A stretch of 64,000 bases of DNA. Source: Eledone cirrhosa. Its lineage: Eukaryota. The DNA lies in assembly GCA_964016885.1 (NCBI GenBank), contig OZ024740.1:390786001-390850000 (forward strand). Direction: 5' to 3'. Positions 1-13,200 of this stretch are shown here, in pieces; positions within the stretch are counted from its first letter, which is position 1; each line of letters opens with the position of its first letter. The position numbers were made by a program, and so were the translations under genes. The notes below the pieces were generated by a model that did not search any database, was not told where the DNA came from, and saw nothing but the letters and a program-made list of their open reading frames with translations.

Positions 1-38
1 ATATATAAATGTATATATATATAAATATATATATATTT

Positions 39-87
39 GCTTCCTGATGATTTTTCACGAATGAAACAGTTCTAGTCCAGTAGAAGC
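39..87 (+). ncRNA. Minimal type I hammerhead ribozyme motif in a PLE terminal-repeat remnant
   Basis: GCTTC-CTGATGA-(weak stem II)-GAAA-C...GTA-GAAGC. Stem I is GCTTC/GAAGC, the cleavage triplet is GTA, and the motif is flanked by (TA)n. Confidence 0.6.
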
Positions 88-189
88 TTTTCTATTAAAT
101 ATTTATATTCTGCTTTGTATTGAGTACCTTACTTACTGTGGTTACTCCCGATTGAACCCGGGATAAACATATACATATATATATATATA

Positions 190-950
190 TAAATTTTGAG
201 TATATGTTGGTTGTCTACCAACACCTCAGTATGCAGATTGGAGCACTCGACGAAGTGCGCAGGTTGGTTTGGTTACTCTGGAGTAATGTAAAATAAACTA
301 AAATAAATAAGTCAAATATTTAAAATTTGGTTTCGTTTATTACTGCTATATATATTTCGGTGACAGCCATCTTTGGCTGTGACCTCTTCAGGCAGTCCGA
401 ATTAGTGTGGTAGAGACGAGTACACATGTTGTTGAGGTGTTTAACTTTGTCAGTACTCTGATATGCCCAGTTCCTGGTTGGGTTGTTATTTCACTGAGGA
501 ACTGGAATCATATGAATTTAAACAAACGTATTTTAGCGTCGAAGGACATCCTCTCCTCCCATTGGTCAGTTGTGAGAACATTCCTCAGTCAAAAGTCTAG
601 AGAAATTCATTCTGAGGCGAGGCAATCTGTAGTGGTTGTTTTTGTTATTGTTAAGTTAAGTACATCAGACCTCTACCCTTATGTTGGTAGTAGTGTTGGT
701 GTTGGAGTCAGCTTAATTCCAGCTGCTGCTGATTTTAGAAGGATCTGTGTGTGTGTGTGTGTTGGCATCTATCCTGCCACCATTTCTCGTGGTGGAGGTG
801 GGATGGGGGCTCAACAACATGTGTACTCGTCTCTACCATACTAATTCGGACTGCCTGAAGAGGTCACAGCCAAAGATGGCTGTCACCGAAATACATATAG
901 CAGTAATAAACGAAGCCAAATTTTAAATATTTGACTTATATATTTTAGTT

Positions 951-957
<7 letters not shown>
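190..957. mobile_element. Fold-back PLE terminal-repeat insertion with 148-bp inverted arms
   Basis: 289-436 is the near-perfect reverse complement of 810-957. Each arm carries a hammerhead motif and both ends abut (TA)n. Confidence 0.85.
850..904 (+). ncRNA. Hammerhead ribozyme motif (inverted copy at 342-396, minus strand)
   Basis: ACTGC-CTGAAGA-GGTCACAGCC aaagat GGCTGTCACC-GAAA-TACATATA-GCAGT. Confidence 0.8.
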
Positions 958-1035
<78 letters not shown>

Positions 1036-1117
1036 TATCGAGATTAATATGTGGTGGCATAATCACTATCACTAAGCGAACACACACACATATATATATG
1101 TATATATATATATATTC

Positions 1118-2740
1118 CAGAGGTGGAACGAACACTTTCGTGAGGTCCTCAATCAGCCATCCCCAACACAGTCTTCGAGCTTGACTGGGAGGAAGCGAGC
1201 TACCGGCTGGATGTACGATTAGACGACATCACAAGAGCTGAGGTGGCCAAGGCCATCCGCTGCCAAAAGAATAACAAAGCGGCAGGGCTGGATGAGATTC
1301 CTGCAGAGCTTCTGAAGCACGGCAAGGATGTAATAGAGGAGCAGCTCACCCATTTATGCAATGTGATTTGGCAAGAAGAGGCGGTGTCGGAGGACTGGGG
1401 AAATGGAGTGATTGTACCACTACCAAAGAAGGGTTGTCTCAGCGATTGCAACAACTGGAGAGGGATCACGTTGCTATCAGTGCCAGGGAAGGTATTCTGC
1501 ACAGTCATCCTGAACCGGCTGAGAGCAGAAGTAGATCGTCATCTTCGAGACGAACAGGCTGGTTTCCGCAGTGGAAGGTCTTGTTCAGAGCAGATCTTCA
1601 CTCTCCGAAATATCATTGAACAATGTCGGGAGTTCCACAAGTCCCTTGCTGTCAACTACATTGACTTCAGGAAAGACAGTGTTCATCGGGAGTCATTGTG
1701 GAAGATTGTAAGACTCTACGGTGTCCCAGAGAAATATATTAACATCTTCAGGTAGTTGTACCGACATTCCAGGTGCTGCGTTAGGACAAAGGACGGAAAC
1801 ACGGAAATGTTTGACATCTTGACGGGTGTTCGACAAGGCTGCATCCTTTCGCCTTTCCTTTTTTCCTCATTGTCATCGATTTCATCATGAAGAAGACATG
1901 AGTGACCCTCGTTTTGGCATCAGTTGGGATGGAAGGAGATTAAGCGACCTGGACTTTGCCGATGACATCGCAGTGATAGGCCATTCCCGAGAAGACCTGC
2001 AAGAGATGACAAACGTTCTAAATGACAATGCAGAGAAAGTTGGCCTGCGCATCAGTTGTGAAAAAACCAAAACCATGTCGACAGGTGACCCTCCAAATCC
2101 TCCCATCATGGTTGGTCAGCGTAACATTGAATGTGTAAACCACTTCCAATACCTTGGCAGCAACATCTCTGACGATGGGGATGCTGAGGTGGATGTGCGC
2201 ACAAGGCTGGGAAAAGCAGCGGCGGTCTTCCAGCGACTCCATCCGGTATGGTCCAGGTGTTCCATCGGCAACGCCGTCAAACTCCGTGTTTACATGTCCA
2301 TTGTAGTACCAACATCGATATATGCCTGTGAGACATGGAAGAGTACGGAAAGTGTATGTAACAAGCTTGATGTATTCCACCGTCGTTGCATTCGGACCAT
2401 ATTGAAAATTTCATGGAGAGACCAAGTTAGCAACGAGGAAGTGATGAGGAAGTCAGGATTAGAGAGGTTAAGGGACATTGTCCGGAAAAGGAGACGGCGG
2501 TTCGCGGGCCACATCCTTCGTTTGCCGGCAGATCGACCTGCTCATATTGCCATGGATTGGGTACCAGAAGGTGGAAGGAGAGAACGGGGAAGACCACGAA
2601 AAACATGGCGGAGCACATTCAGGGACGACCTACGGGAGATGGGAATTACCTGGAGAGGTGCTAGAAGGGCCGCCAGTGATAGGATCAAGTGGAGGAAGCT
2701 AGTCGCCCAATGTTCCACAAGGGACTGGACAAAGATTAAG
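1118..2740 (+). mobile_element. 5'-truncated RTE-clade LINE (RT domain and C-terminus, frameshifted)
   Basis: ORFs 1243-1755 and 1826-2735 contain GLDEIPAELLK, CNNWRGITLLS, EQAGFRSGRS, LDFADDIA, FQYLGS and GRPRKTW. Confidence 0.9.
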
Positions 2741-2761
2741 ATATATATATATGTGTGTGTG

Positions 2762-2903
<142 letters not shown>

Positions 2904-3499
2904 AACAATGAAAACAAAAGGCGAAGGCTGGTGCTCAATTTGTTCATTGTTTTACGATCGTTTCAGAAGGTAGAATGATCATGATAAGTCGATATATTGA
3001 CTAACTGATACTGGTTATGTCATCACATATTATTAGTCTCGATATTCCAAATCCATCTCACCGTCTTCCTCAGAAACAATGGACTTTAATATTTCCAGCA
3101 CATCTCCCTTCCCATCTTCCAGAGAAACGCCTTCTCCAATCTTCTGTCCGCCGGGGCTGTGGGGAAGTCAGCACGTGGGACCCCATTTGCTCACCATACA
3201 GAGAGATGGGAAGGGCGAGAGAGATGGAGGCGATGACAGTTCGGACCATATCCTTGTGGTTGTGTTCATTATCTATAGAGTTCATTCTCCGGATTCTGCT
3301 GGGTTATTATGAATATTTACTTGTGAGATATATAAGGGGGTTGAAACACATCAATTGAATACGTGGACCAAGAGAAATAAATAATGAATAAAAGATAAAA
3401 TAATGAAATATTAGAATTCACAATTTAAGATGAAGAAACAAGCGTAGAAAAGACAAGAAGAAAAAATTAGTTGAAAGATGTAAAATAAAAAAAGGATCG

Positions 3500-3712
3500 A
3501 TCGACTTTTGTCAAATCGGACCGAGGAAACAATGTTTCCGTTGGTCTTTCCAGTTGCTAGTATTATCTATCGGTCGCAACTCCAGGTAGAAGGAGCAACA
3601 TGAAATAAAGTGTCTTGCTCAAGGACATAACGCATCGCCCAGTCCAGGAATCGAACTTACAACCTCAAGATTGTGAATCCAATTCTCTAACCACTCAGCC
3701 ACACGCCTTCAC
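3500..3712 (-). mobile_element. tRNA-derived SINE, copy 1 (copy 2 at 16685-16893)
   Basis: Minus-strand head GGCGTGTGGCTGAGTGGTTAGAG...GTTCGATTCC contains A/B boxes. A near-identical second copy lies in the window. Confidence 0.8.
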
Positions 3713-4164
3713 ATGTAAAATAAACAAATAAATAATTGTTTCTACTTTTGACACAAGGCCAGTGTATGATATAACAAATGAGAAGAAAAATGTTTTTGTT
3801 GTTGTATCGATGGGACAACCTCCTCGGGAAATTGGCATGTAAGTGACTGAGCATTCTATACACACGTCAACCTTTGACGCAATTCACAGGCGGAATAAGT
3901 GCGACACGTTTGTGACAAGATGACTTTTGGAATTACATTTTTGATCACTTCAATTTTCCTTTTATTTTCTTTCTTTCATCTTCACACACACTCACACTCA
4001 CACACACACGCACACGCACACACACACACACACGCGCGCGCGAACAAACAAATAAACACACACACACAAATACGCACACACAAATACGCGCACACACAAA
4101 TACACACAAACACACAAACATACAAACATACGCACACATACACACACCTGCAAACACACACACA

Positions 4165-4230
<66 letters not shown>

Positions 4231-4261
4231 TACGCACACACACACATGCGCTCGCTCGCAA

Positions 4262-5170
4262 ACACGACATCCATTTCTAAACTAATCAAACCTTTATCCT
4301 TCGCAAATCCACATCCGACACCCCATCAGCATCGCCAACCCATCCTCATTCACTTTCTAAATGCCTATCAGTGTCTCAGCTCAAACGACAAAATGTCAAC
4401 ACCCATGCTGCTGTACAGCGCTCCAATCCCCGATTGCCTGCTCCAACCCCCACTCGAAGCTACCTGCAGCACATGCTTCACCATCAACAGGCCAATGAGG
4501 GGCTGGAACTGTTCAGCGTTCGACAGTTTTCACCGCCTCTCTAATGTCGGCATGACACGTCGAACCTCGACCGCGCTCTCAATCGCAGCTGCCTCTTCTC
4601 CTCACCTAAGCAGCTGCGGTCACCCACCAAAACACTAGATGACAAGGCATGCCTCCCCCACGCGCAACCCTCACTAGTAAACATCGCTCGGCTCAGACGA
4701 CTTCGTAAGATGTTCTTTAAGATGCCGAAGACAGCCTTGGACTCCGATCGACACAGTAATTAGGGACTATTGTTTTATTTCGCTCCACACGCCCTCGGTC
4801 TCCCCAAACTGGTGCCGATCGAAGTTTGTCGACAGCGGCCCTGGTCAAGGTCATCTCGACCTTCGGGCAGATGCCCATACCCAGTGTGTCTGAGCAGACC
4901 ACACTCCACACATTCATGTGCCCGCAGTCCTCCACCCCTGATGCCATCTCAAAGGGTTTACGCGACTGCGTAAACGCTAAACTTATCGAGGATGATGTCT
5001 CGGCTGCCATCAGTATAGTCACCTTTCACGACACCGTCCACCGAGGAGGTCTTGGCTACTTTCTGGCTCAAACATCCCGATTAACCTGCAGACCTCAGAC
5101 CCATATACCTACCTGACCCCCAATCACTTTACATGTCCTCCAATGAGGACATGATCTCTGCTTTTAAGTC
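4262..5170 (+). mobile_element. Degenerate CRE-like non-LTR retrotransposon fragment (pre-RT region)
   Basis: GC-rich island between (CA)n tracts. The peptide VNAKLIEDDVSAAISIV resembles the pre-RT motif of CRE-clade elements. Heavily decayed. Confidence 0.4.
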
Positions 5171-6399
5171 TTTTCCTGCAAATACGCACATACACACACC
5201 CACACACACATACACACACGCTGCCACTACAGCTCCCTTATGTTCTGCATGCACCACCACCGCTCTCTCTCTCCTTCACCCTCCCCTATATGATCACTTC
5301 CTCTCTAACTACTGCACTAACCCCTCGCTTTATACATCTCTCTGGACACCGGATTACATGTGGATATTCAGATACGCACACATATTCACCCTCACAACTG
5401 AGATTAATAGGCAACACCTTCTCGGGTTGTTTAAAATCAACAATGGACTTAAATTCAATAATACCAATTAATCGAAATTGTTAGACAATATAGACAATGA
5501 AGATTGGAAAATACACCATATTGCATGTTTGCCGTATTGCATTTAGTATGCAAAACGCTCAACTGATGTACTTTCCATTGATCCTGTTGTTGGTATTCAT
5601 AATCAGTGGCACGAAATTCTCTCTATATACCGCTATATTGATCACATTTAGAATTGTACACTGAATGGACAATGCTATTCTGGTAATCAAATATAGCAGA
5701 AAAAATATGCTAAGTTTCAATAGCTCTTTTTAAAGAGCAGATTCCCTCCAATTTGCATTATCTATTTTGTCCGACAATTGATCTTAATGATGTCATCTTC
5801 GTTTGATATATTTAGAGTTTAATCTGCCTTGAAGGAGATTTCTACTATTAATTGCTTTTTAAAAAATTCAACTGATTATACGGTCGCACCGTATTTTTCC
5901 TATTCGTGGTTAGCTTTGATCCTGCCTTCAGATTTGTTTGATTACTCCATGATACAGTGACTCGAGTTCCGTAAATAAGATAAATAATGTGATTTAGAGA
6001 TGAATAACATCAAGCCTGCAATGCTCCAACATGATTTTTTGCTTTCTAAATCTTACTACAACATTTTGTTCTTGAACTAAACCTTACTACAACATTTTGT
6101 TCTTGAACTGATTTCCGTCTATTTGAAAGCCGATTCATGGCTCATTTAGATGTAAACAAACATAATATGTATCGATTAATCGATGTGAAGCGCTGATGGA
6201 ATATGGGCTTATAGAAATGGGCAGAGCTCAAACGCAGAAATAACTGTAAAACAGCCGGTTGCTATAAATAATCATAGCATTTATATACATATTTGTACAG
6301 ATATAATTTTATCGTACACTTTGGCTGCTAGTGCATTTCTTAATATATATCTTAATTAATTGCCAGCATGATCTCTAATTATATGCAAATTAGTACATC

Positions 6400-6665
6400 C
6401 ATTTCAGAAAAATACCAAACTGTCCAACATCGGAACGAACCTCTGCATGCCCCAGATCAACAAGAAATCAACTTACGTTACAAAATTCGTGTTTCCACAT
6501 GGAGTGTCCGATCGTTCCTTCGCCTTGGGACAGCCACTCTGTTGTCCCGAGAACTATCCCACCATAACATCACACTAGTGGAACTCTGCGAGGCACGCTG
6601 GCCTGGCAATATTGAATTCATCGCCGGAGTGACTTCGAAGTTTCTGCTTGGTCGCTTCATCTGGT
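6400..6665 (+). mobile_element. LINE APE endonuclease N-terminal fragment (RTE-like)
   Basis: IRVSTWSVRS...ELSHHNITLVELCEARWPG resembles the TWNVR...E.RW motifs. Confidence 0.65.
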
Positions 6666-7674
6666 TGCATTACACATATACCCCCCCCCCCCACACACAC
6701 ACACACAAACACACATATATATATATACAAAAATACATATATATATACATATATATATACATAAATATGTGTGCGTGTGAGTGTGCGCGCGTTTTAAAAC
6801 GCTCCATGCCACCACACGACACCTTAGATACAAGCCAGCTAACTACATCGCTATTACCAAACTGCATATAGTCTTTTTGTCATACAGATAACATCATTTG
6901 TTTTAAACTATCCTCGGTCTATATTTTAGTTAGTTTTGATCGATATATCCGCTAGCAACTTAAATTGCAAATCGATTAGCAATATGCTTTCTTTTATTAC
7001 TACTAGTGACAAAATAATTATTGCCTAATGCAGCATTTATGTCTACTTATTAGAAATTATTCAGATTGATTTCTCTATATGCTTAATTTTTAAAAAATTG
7101 CTTATTATCGAGACATTAGCGTTTAAGTGTAACTCACCTCGATTTTAAGTAATTAGTCGACTTAAATACTATCGTTGATCAAAAATAGTCAAGTAAAACT
7201 ATTTACTGCCAGTGATAATTTTAGCAGTTCAATGTGGGACAGACGGAGAGTTTAAATAAAAGGCCTATTGTTTATTATGGAGGTAATGTAGGAGGGTTTG
7301 TAGGATTGAAGCAATATAAGAATTAAATGCGTTTTATTAGATTATGATTTGTCGTTTAAAATTATTGTTGTTTGTTTTACAAAAATTTATATTTTTCTAT
7401 ATTCATTTCGGTCCCAGATTTAATTTCTATTTGAATTTCGAAAATAATTTGTTTCTCTTGATCTTAATATTTACGTCTTTAACTGAACTTTTCTCTTCTC
7501 TCACTCCTCATTATTCTCTTCATCTTTATAATATATTCGTTTTCTCAGACGAGAAAATGCTGTATCTAACCTGCTTTCCAGTCACTTTCTTCGCACAGGA
7601 ATCCGGTTTACATTTACATTCTAAATGAAATTAATGTCGATGCTCAACTTATTTTCAGAAAACCTAGTAACATA

Positions 7675-7740
<66 letters not shown>

Positions 7741-7744
<4 letters not shown>

Positions 7745-7876
7745 TGATTTCTCATTCTTTCTTCTGATGAAGGACTAGCGACGGAAACGTTAAGACACTT
7801 TTCCTACTATAGCAAGCGCAAAACTAATAATATTGTACTGTGTCGTTCGCTTTGTTATTTGTTTGTCTTTTGCATC
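7741..7876 (+). mobile_element. PLE terminal-repeat fragment with hammerhead motif (7760-7795)
   Basis: TCTT-CTGATGA-AGGACTAGCGACG-GAAA-CGTT-AAGA. Same family as 24249-24284. Flanked by (CA)n and (TA)n. Confidence 0.7.
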
Positions 7877-7944
7877 ATATATATATATGTGTGTGTGTGT
7901 ATGTGTGTGTGTGTGTGTTAATGCAAAAGGCATTCATATATATA

Positions 7945-8262
7945 TATGTGGGGCGCAGTGGAACGAGACACCAACAGATCTAGCTGCATTACGAAAGACG
8001 ATCTGAAGGCCAGGATCGCAAGTGCCTTTAGGGGCCTAAGTCGGGGGACAGTGACGAAGGCATGTAGCCGGTTCCGAGGCCGCCTTGAGGCCGCCTTGAG
8101 GCCGTCATCAAAGCCAATGGCGGGTTTATCGAGTGAGATCGAAAGAACAAGTCATGAGAGATAAACTGACCCAAGTTTGATAAATAAATCTTAAAAAATA
8201 AAACTACTGTGTTATTTTTTTCCTAGACAGTAATCTTGCAAACAAATATCGTCCGCACACTG
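7945..8262 (+). mobile_element. Tc1/mariner-superfamily transposon 3' fragment
   Basis: WGAVERDTN...LKARIASAF...KACSRFRGRLEA resembles a transposase C-terminus. Ends in a TIR-like ...CCGCACACTG followed by TA. Confidence 0.75.
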
Positions 8263-8282
8263 TATATGTATATATGTATATA

Positions 8283-8376
<94 letters not shown>

Positions 8377-8403
8377 TATAAAAAAGTCTAAAGTCTGTCT
8401 TAA

Positions 8404-8622
8404 CCCGTTAATGTTCAAACCGCCCAAAACCGCCCAGAATTCTCTACCTTTTTCTGTGAAACTGGTTGTAACTGGTCACTCAAACTGATGTTAAGGTATT
8501 GTTCTCAAAATAAATACTTTCAAAATCTCATAGATTCAGTATTATGTGAGATAATTATGTGAGGTAAAGCCTTTACCATGAAAATATAATAGTATATATA
8601 GAGTAATGTGAATGCTAAATGG
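8404..8622. mobile_element. piggyBac-like MITE
   Basis: Flanked by TTAA (8400-8403 and 8623-8626). Imperfect TIRs CCCGTTAATGTTC / GAATGCTAAATGG. Confidence 0.6.
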
Positions 8623-8626
8623 TTAA

Positions 8627-8917
8627 GCCAGAAGGCTCATTTGGCCGGTGCTTATCCCGGTTTCATGGCGTGAAGCGACTGAGAGTACAAGACCCCCTCC
8701 CCCCTGGGCAGGACGCCAGTCCATCGCAGGGTTAAACCCCCAGCTATTGCTGGAAATCATTTTCAGCTGAGTATACTGGAGCAACGAGAAATGAAGTGTT
8801 CTGCTCAAGAACACAACACGCAGCCCAGGAATCCACGACATTATGATCGTAGTCCAACACTCTTACCACTAGGCCTAGTGGTAAGAGTGTTGGACACTTC
8901 ATTTCTCGTTGCTCCAG

Positions 8918-8920
<3 letters not shown>
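8627..8920 (-). mobile_element. tRNA-derived SINE with fold-back 5' end
   Basis: SINE body on the minus strand. Perfect 44-bp palindrome at 8852-8895, and 8896-8920 is an inverted copy of ~8773-8798. Confidence 0.75.
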
Positions 8921-8948
<28 letters not shown>

Positions 8949-9071
8949 TTATATTCTTATAAATTAGAAATTAGAAATTATAAGCTTTCACCGTATTTTA
9001 GACTAAAGAAATTTCTAGCCTGATAGTGGGGTTTATAACCCTCGGAGAAATGGAAAAAGATGAGTGTTGCC

Positions 9072-9125
<54 letters not shown>

Positions 9126-9133
<8 letters not shown>

Positions 9134-9600
9134 ATGGTTTGGGAGGGTCATGTTGCCAAAAAGAAACACACGCACCAGTTGCTTTCACTTCAATTTATTA
9201 TAAATTAAATTTATAAATTTAGGAATTTATAAATTTCCGGTTGGTTGGTTGGTTCCACAACCAGACGATTGTTCATATATTGTCAAAGTTCTTTCGTCAC
9301 ACATTCTGTGACCTCTTCAGTGACTGGAGATTCTTTTCTTTGTTTTTGTGCCGAAATGTGTGACGAAATGTGTGACGAAAGAACTTTGACAATATATGAA
9401 CAATCGTCTGGTTGTGGAACCAACCAATTAACCGGAAATTTATAAATTCCTAAATTTATAAATTTAATTTATAATAAATTGAAGTGAAAGCAACTAGTGC
9501 GTGTGTTTCTTGTTGGCAACATGACCCTCCCAAAGCATAACAATATCGGTTTCAACACACGTTTTCAGATAAAGAATCTTGCTAAACAAATTCAGAAACG
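9126..9600. mobile_element. Fold-back PLE terminal-repeat insertion with ~180-bp inverted arms and hammerhead (9282-9324, minus)
   Basis: 9126-9305 is the reverse complement of 9367-9546. The minus strand reads GTCA-CTGAAGA-GGTCACAGAATGTGTGAC-GAAA-GAACTT-TGAC. Confidence 0.85.
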
Positions 9601-9610
9601 AAATATATAT

Positions 9611-10213
9611 ATCACTGATGAGGGACTAATTTTATAATATGTAATCCATGTGCAACCATGCAGTATTCTTCTCCTCTTGTTTTTCATATATATTTACCTA
9701 AACTGCGATTATCTGTTTCTCTCTTTCCCTCTTACTGCTCCCCCGTTCTCTCTGTTTCTCTTACCTTCTTTCGCCCCCTCTGTCAGTTAACACTTTCTCT
9801 CGACTGACCTCTTCCTCGCACTTCCACTGACTCACTCTCTGTTTCTCCCCTTCTCACTTCCTCCCGTTTGCTAGTAGTGGGGTTCCTTCTTTCTCACACC
9901 GCATTCACGGCGTACGGTCTGCTTCTCTGACCGCTCATGAAATTCACCCAGATTATGCTGATCGGATAACTATCATGTGGCTTGCTGTTTTTCCAACCTT
10001 CGGTTTGCTTTTCCTTCTGTTGTTTACTTGTCTCACTCGCTTTACGCGTTTCACTTGTCCCAATAGCTTATTTTAGTTATTGCTCGCACCAACCTGAGGT
10101 ATTTGATTTTTAATGCGATGAAATACCAATGACGGTTGGCAAATCACTGATGAGGGACTAATTTTATAATATGTAATCCATGTGCAACCATGCAGTATTC
10201 TTCTCCCCTTGTT

Positions 10214-10220
<7 letters not shown>
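9611..10220 (+). mobile_element. ~532-bp unit with ~78-bp terminal direct repeats (PLE/retrozyme-like remnant)
   Basis: ATCACTGATGAGGGACTAATTTTATAATATG...TTTTTCATA occurs at ~9611-9688 and ~10143-10220. Flanked by (TA)n. Confidence 0.55.
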
Positions 10221-10255
<35 letters not shown>

Positions 10256-10259
<4 letters not shown>

Positions 10260-13200
10260 CTGGCACCTTGGCCAAAATCTTTAACTTTGTGTTGAGCATG
10301 GGCCTGAAGTTGGGCCGGAAGTTGTTAATTTCGTCCCCCTTGTTCTCGTCTTTCCTGATCAGCGTTACTACGCCCTTGCCTGCAGAACTGGGAATTCTCC
10401 CGTTCTGCTGTCAATTGCAGTAGACGGCTTCGAGGACGCCAGAGAACAAGTCCGGCATGCCTATGTAAAACTCATAGGGTAGACCATCTAGACCGGGTGA
10501 CTTGCGTTTCCCGCAGCGGCCCAGGGCGTCCCGTATCTCAGTGTCCGTGATCGGTCTTTCGCAGAACTTGGCGTCCGTGTTCGAGAGACGCGGCAGGCCG
10601 TCGATGTATGAACTAAAGTCCATTGCCCCGTTCGGCTCACCGTCGTTCTGCTCAAACAGTCGCGCAAAGTGCTGCTGAAAGCCGCGCACATTTGCTTGGG
10701 GTCAAGTAGCACGCGTCCGTTTTGGTCTTTCAAAGACCGAATCATGAACTTGTTGCCATTTTTTGCCTCCGCCACTCGGGCCCAGCTGACAGCTTTTGCT
10801 CCTTCGTTTCCTAGAGCGCGTGTTTTGATTCTGACCACGCAGCCTTCGTGTTTCGCATCGAAGAACTGGTCCAGTGCCGTTCTCGACGCTAACACTCTAG
10901 CCGCGTTGCCACTTCTAAGTGCCTCCTCTACCTTGGCTACTAGTTCTCTTTCTATTCTGTTTTTCTCTAAGGCTAACTCTCTGCTATACCCTATCGATTC
11001 TATTCTAATTGCTTTCTTGAGAGAGTACCACCATCTATTGTTGACGATGGCTCCCGTTAACTGTTGCTTGACTAGTCTACTTATCCGTTCACTGTAAGCT
11101 TTACGTGCCGGCAACGACACGCTCAGCTTCCAGTATCCGGGTCCCTGTCTATGTATTCTATGACGGTTGACTAAGCAGACGACTAATTTGTGATCTGAAT
11201 AGGCAACAATGTACATTGGTGGACAGCTTAACATCTCCTTGACCCTTTCTCTAATGAAGAACCTATCTAAATACGATCTAGATGTCCCGCTGCGGTTTGC
11301 CCACGTCCACTGTGGTGCAGTCGGAAAATCCAGTCGATACCTATCGGCTAATTGGAATTGGCCGATTAAAGTTTTGAGGCTATTGCACCCCCCTCTACTA
11401 GAACATGCTCCCACATTAACCCATCGTGCATCTAGGATACCATTCCAGTCCCCCACTAAAAGTAAGGAGCGAGACGTTCCCAGAAAAGACTCTAGACGCT
11501 TAAAGAAGTCTGGCCGTGATTGCGATTGCCCGGTCGGGCATAAACGGCCACCAGTTTGAAGGCTCCACCTCCAATACTGTTCACGTCTAGGACTACCAGT
11601 CTACCCTCCGGGTCCAAGTGTACTTGCTGTACTTCGACGTCCAGGTTCTTCCGAAACATGACAGCCACTCCACCTCCACCTCCTGGCTGACAGAGTAGAT
11701 CTCAAAGTCGTCGAAGATGGGGGTTATTTGCTGCCTGTTGTGGATCCCGGACTCGGTGATGGCTATCACATCCTTACTGTGTGACTTAAGGTCGTTTAAA
11801 AGTTGGCCCTGTTTCCAGGGCATACCTAGGCCACGCACATCCACGGTTCCAACTCGTAAACTAGCCATGTTGGTGAAGAAAAGTTGGAGAAAAAGGACGA
11901 AAAGGTGCACTTACCTTTTCGTTTCCTGGAGATCGGGTTGTTCAATCTCCATTTGGGTGCTGGATGGGGTGTTGGGTGGGGTAGGGAAACATTTTAACAG
12001 GACGCGGTTGTTGGGTTTCTGGCAGGGGTTGCCCACGTCCTGTGAACATTTATTTTTCAGGTCACTATAGGTCTCCATAGAAACCCTTATAAGTTTAAGG
12101 TGTGGAGACGATTCTGCCTTGACGAAAGTTTTGCCCTCCGTCTCCACCTTGGGGTTTTGGGAGATGACCTCCATCAAACTCTTGTTGTTTGTGTTGATGT
12201 ATGCGTATTGTTGTTTGTGTTTTTGTTGTGTTGTTTTAGTTTGTTGTTCTTCCCGGAGTTTTCTTTTTATGGTGGGTGCTTGTGTTTGGGGTGGTGTTGG
12301 TGTTGGTTTTGCTGATAGGGGGATGTTTGACTGTGGTGTTGTTTGTGTTGTTGTTTGTGTCTGTGGTTGTGTGTTGGTGTTGGTGATTGGAGTTTTGGGG
12401 ATTTTGTGGTGTCTCTTTTTTTGTTTTTCAGATTTCCGCGGCTCTCCCTCCTCTTCACTTAAAGAAGGAGAAGCAGCTTCATCTGTCGATGAATAATCAT
12501 CGTCAGGTGTGTGGGGTAGGGGTATGTTGTGTGGTGGTGGTGTTTCGGTGTGTGTGTTTGTGGTAGTGTTTGATGGAGTGGGATGAGGTGGGGCTGTGTT
12601 CTTCAGGGGTGTTGTCTGTGTTTTTTCTGTTGTTGTTGGTTGAGTGGCTGTGTTTTCTTTTGTATTGTTTTGGTTGAGCGTGTTTGTAAAGGGCAGGAGG
12701 CCTTTAGGTGTGTGGTGCTATTGCAACGAAAGCAATGTGGTTTTCGTCCCTCAACTGCAATGTTTATGTGGCTGTTGTTGTCCACCAGCACTTTTTCTGG
12801 TATTTTGGAGATTCTTTCCGAGCTCATTTGCACCAGAATCTCCAAATGTGTACCAGACCAGGTGTGTCTGGTTGACTTTTTGATGGAGAGAATAGTGTCT
12901 TTTCTCTCCTCGAAAATTCCTGCCAATATCCACCAAATATTAATATTTGGTGGTATGTTTGAAACTCTAATTTTTTGTGTCCTTTTTCCCAAATATGTAG
13001 GGAAAAAGGTGTATTTTTGTGACAGTATTGGCGTCACTGAATATCTTTGTGCAAGGGCTCGCTTTTGAGGAGTACCGAAATACTCCCGTACTGTTTGGCC
13101 TTCTGCATAAAGTCGATGTCTGGCAATACCTTTAATAAGGTTGCCTCAATTTCCCCTTGACTGAGAAATGCTGGTCGTTTTGTTTCATTTGAAACAGTTC

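Noticed and set aside
3640-3712. tRNA gene
   Set aside because: It is the A/B-box head of a repeated SINE without a complete cloverleaf.
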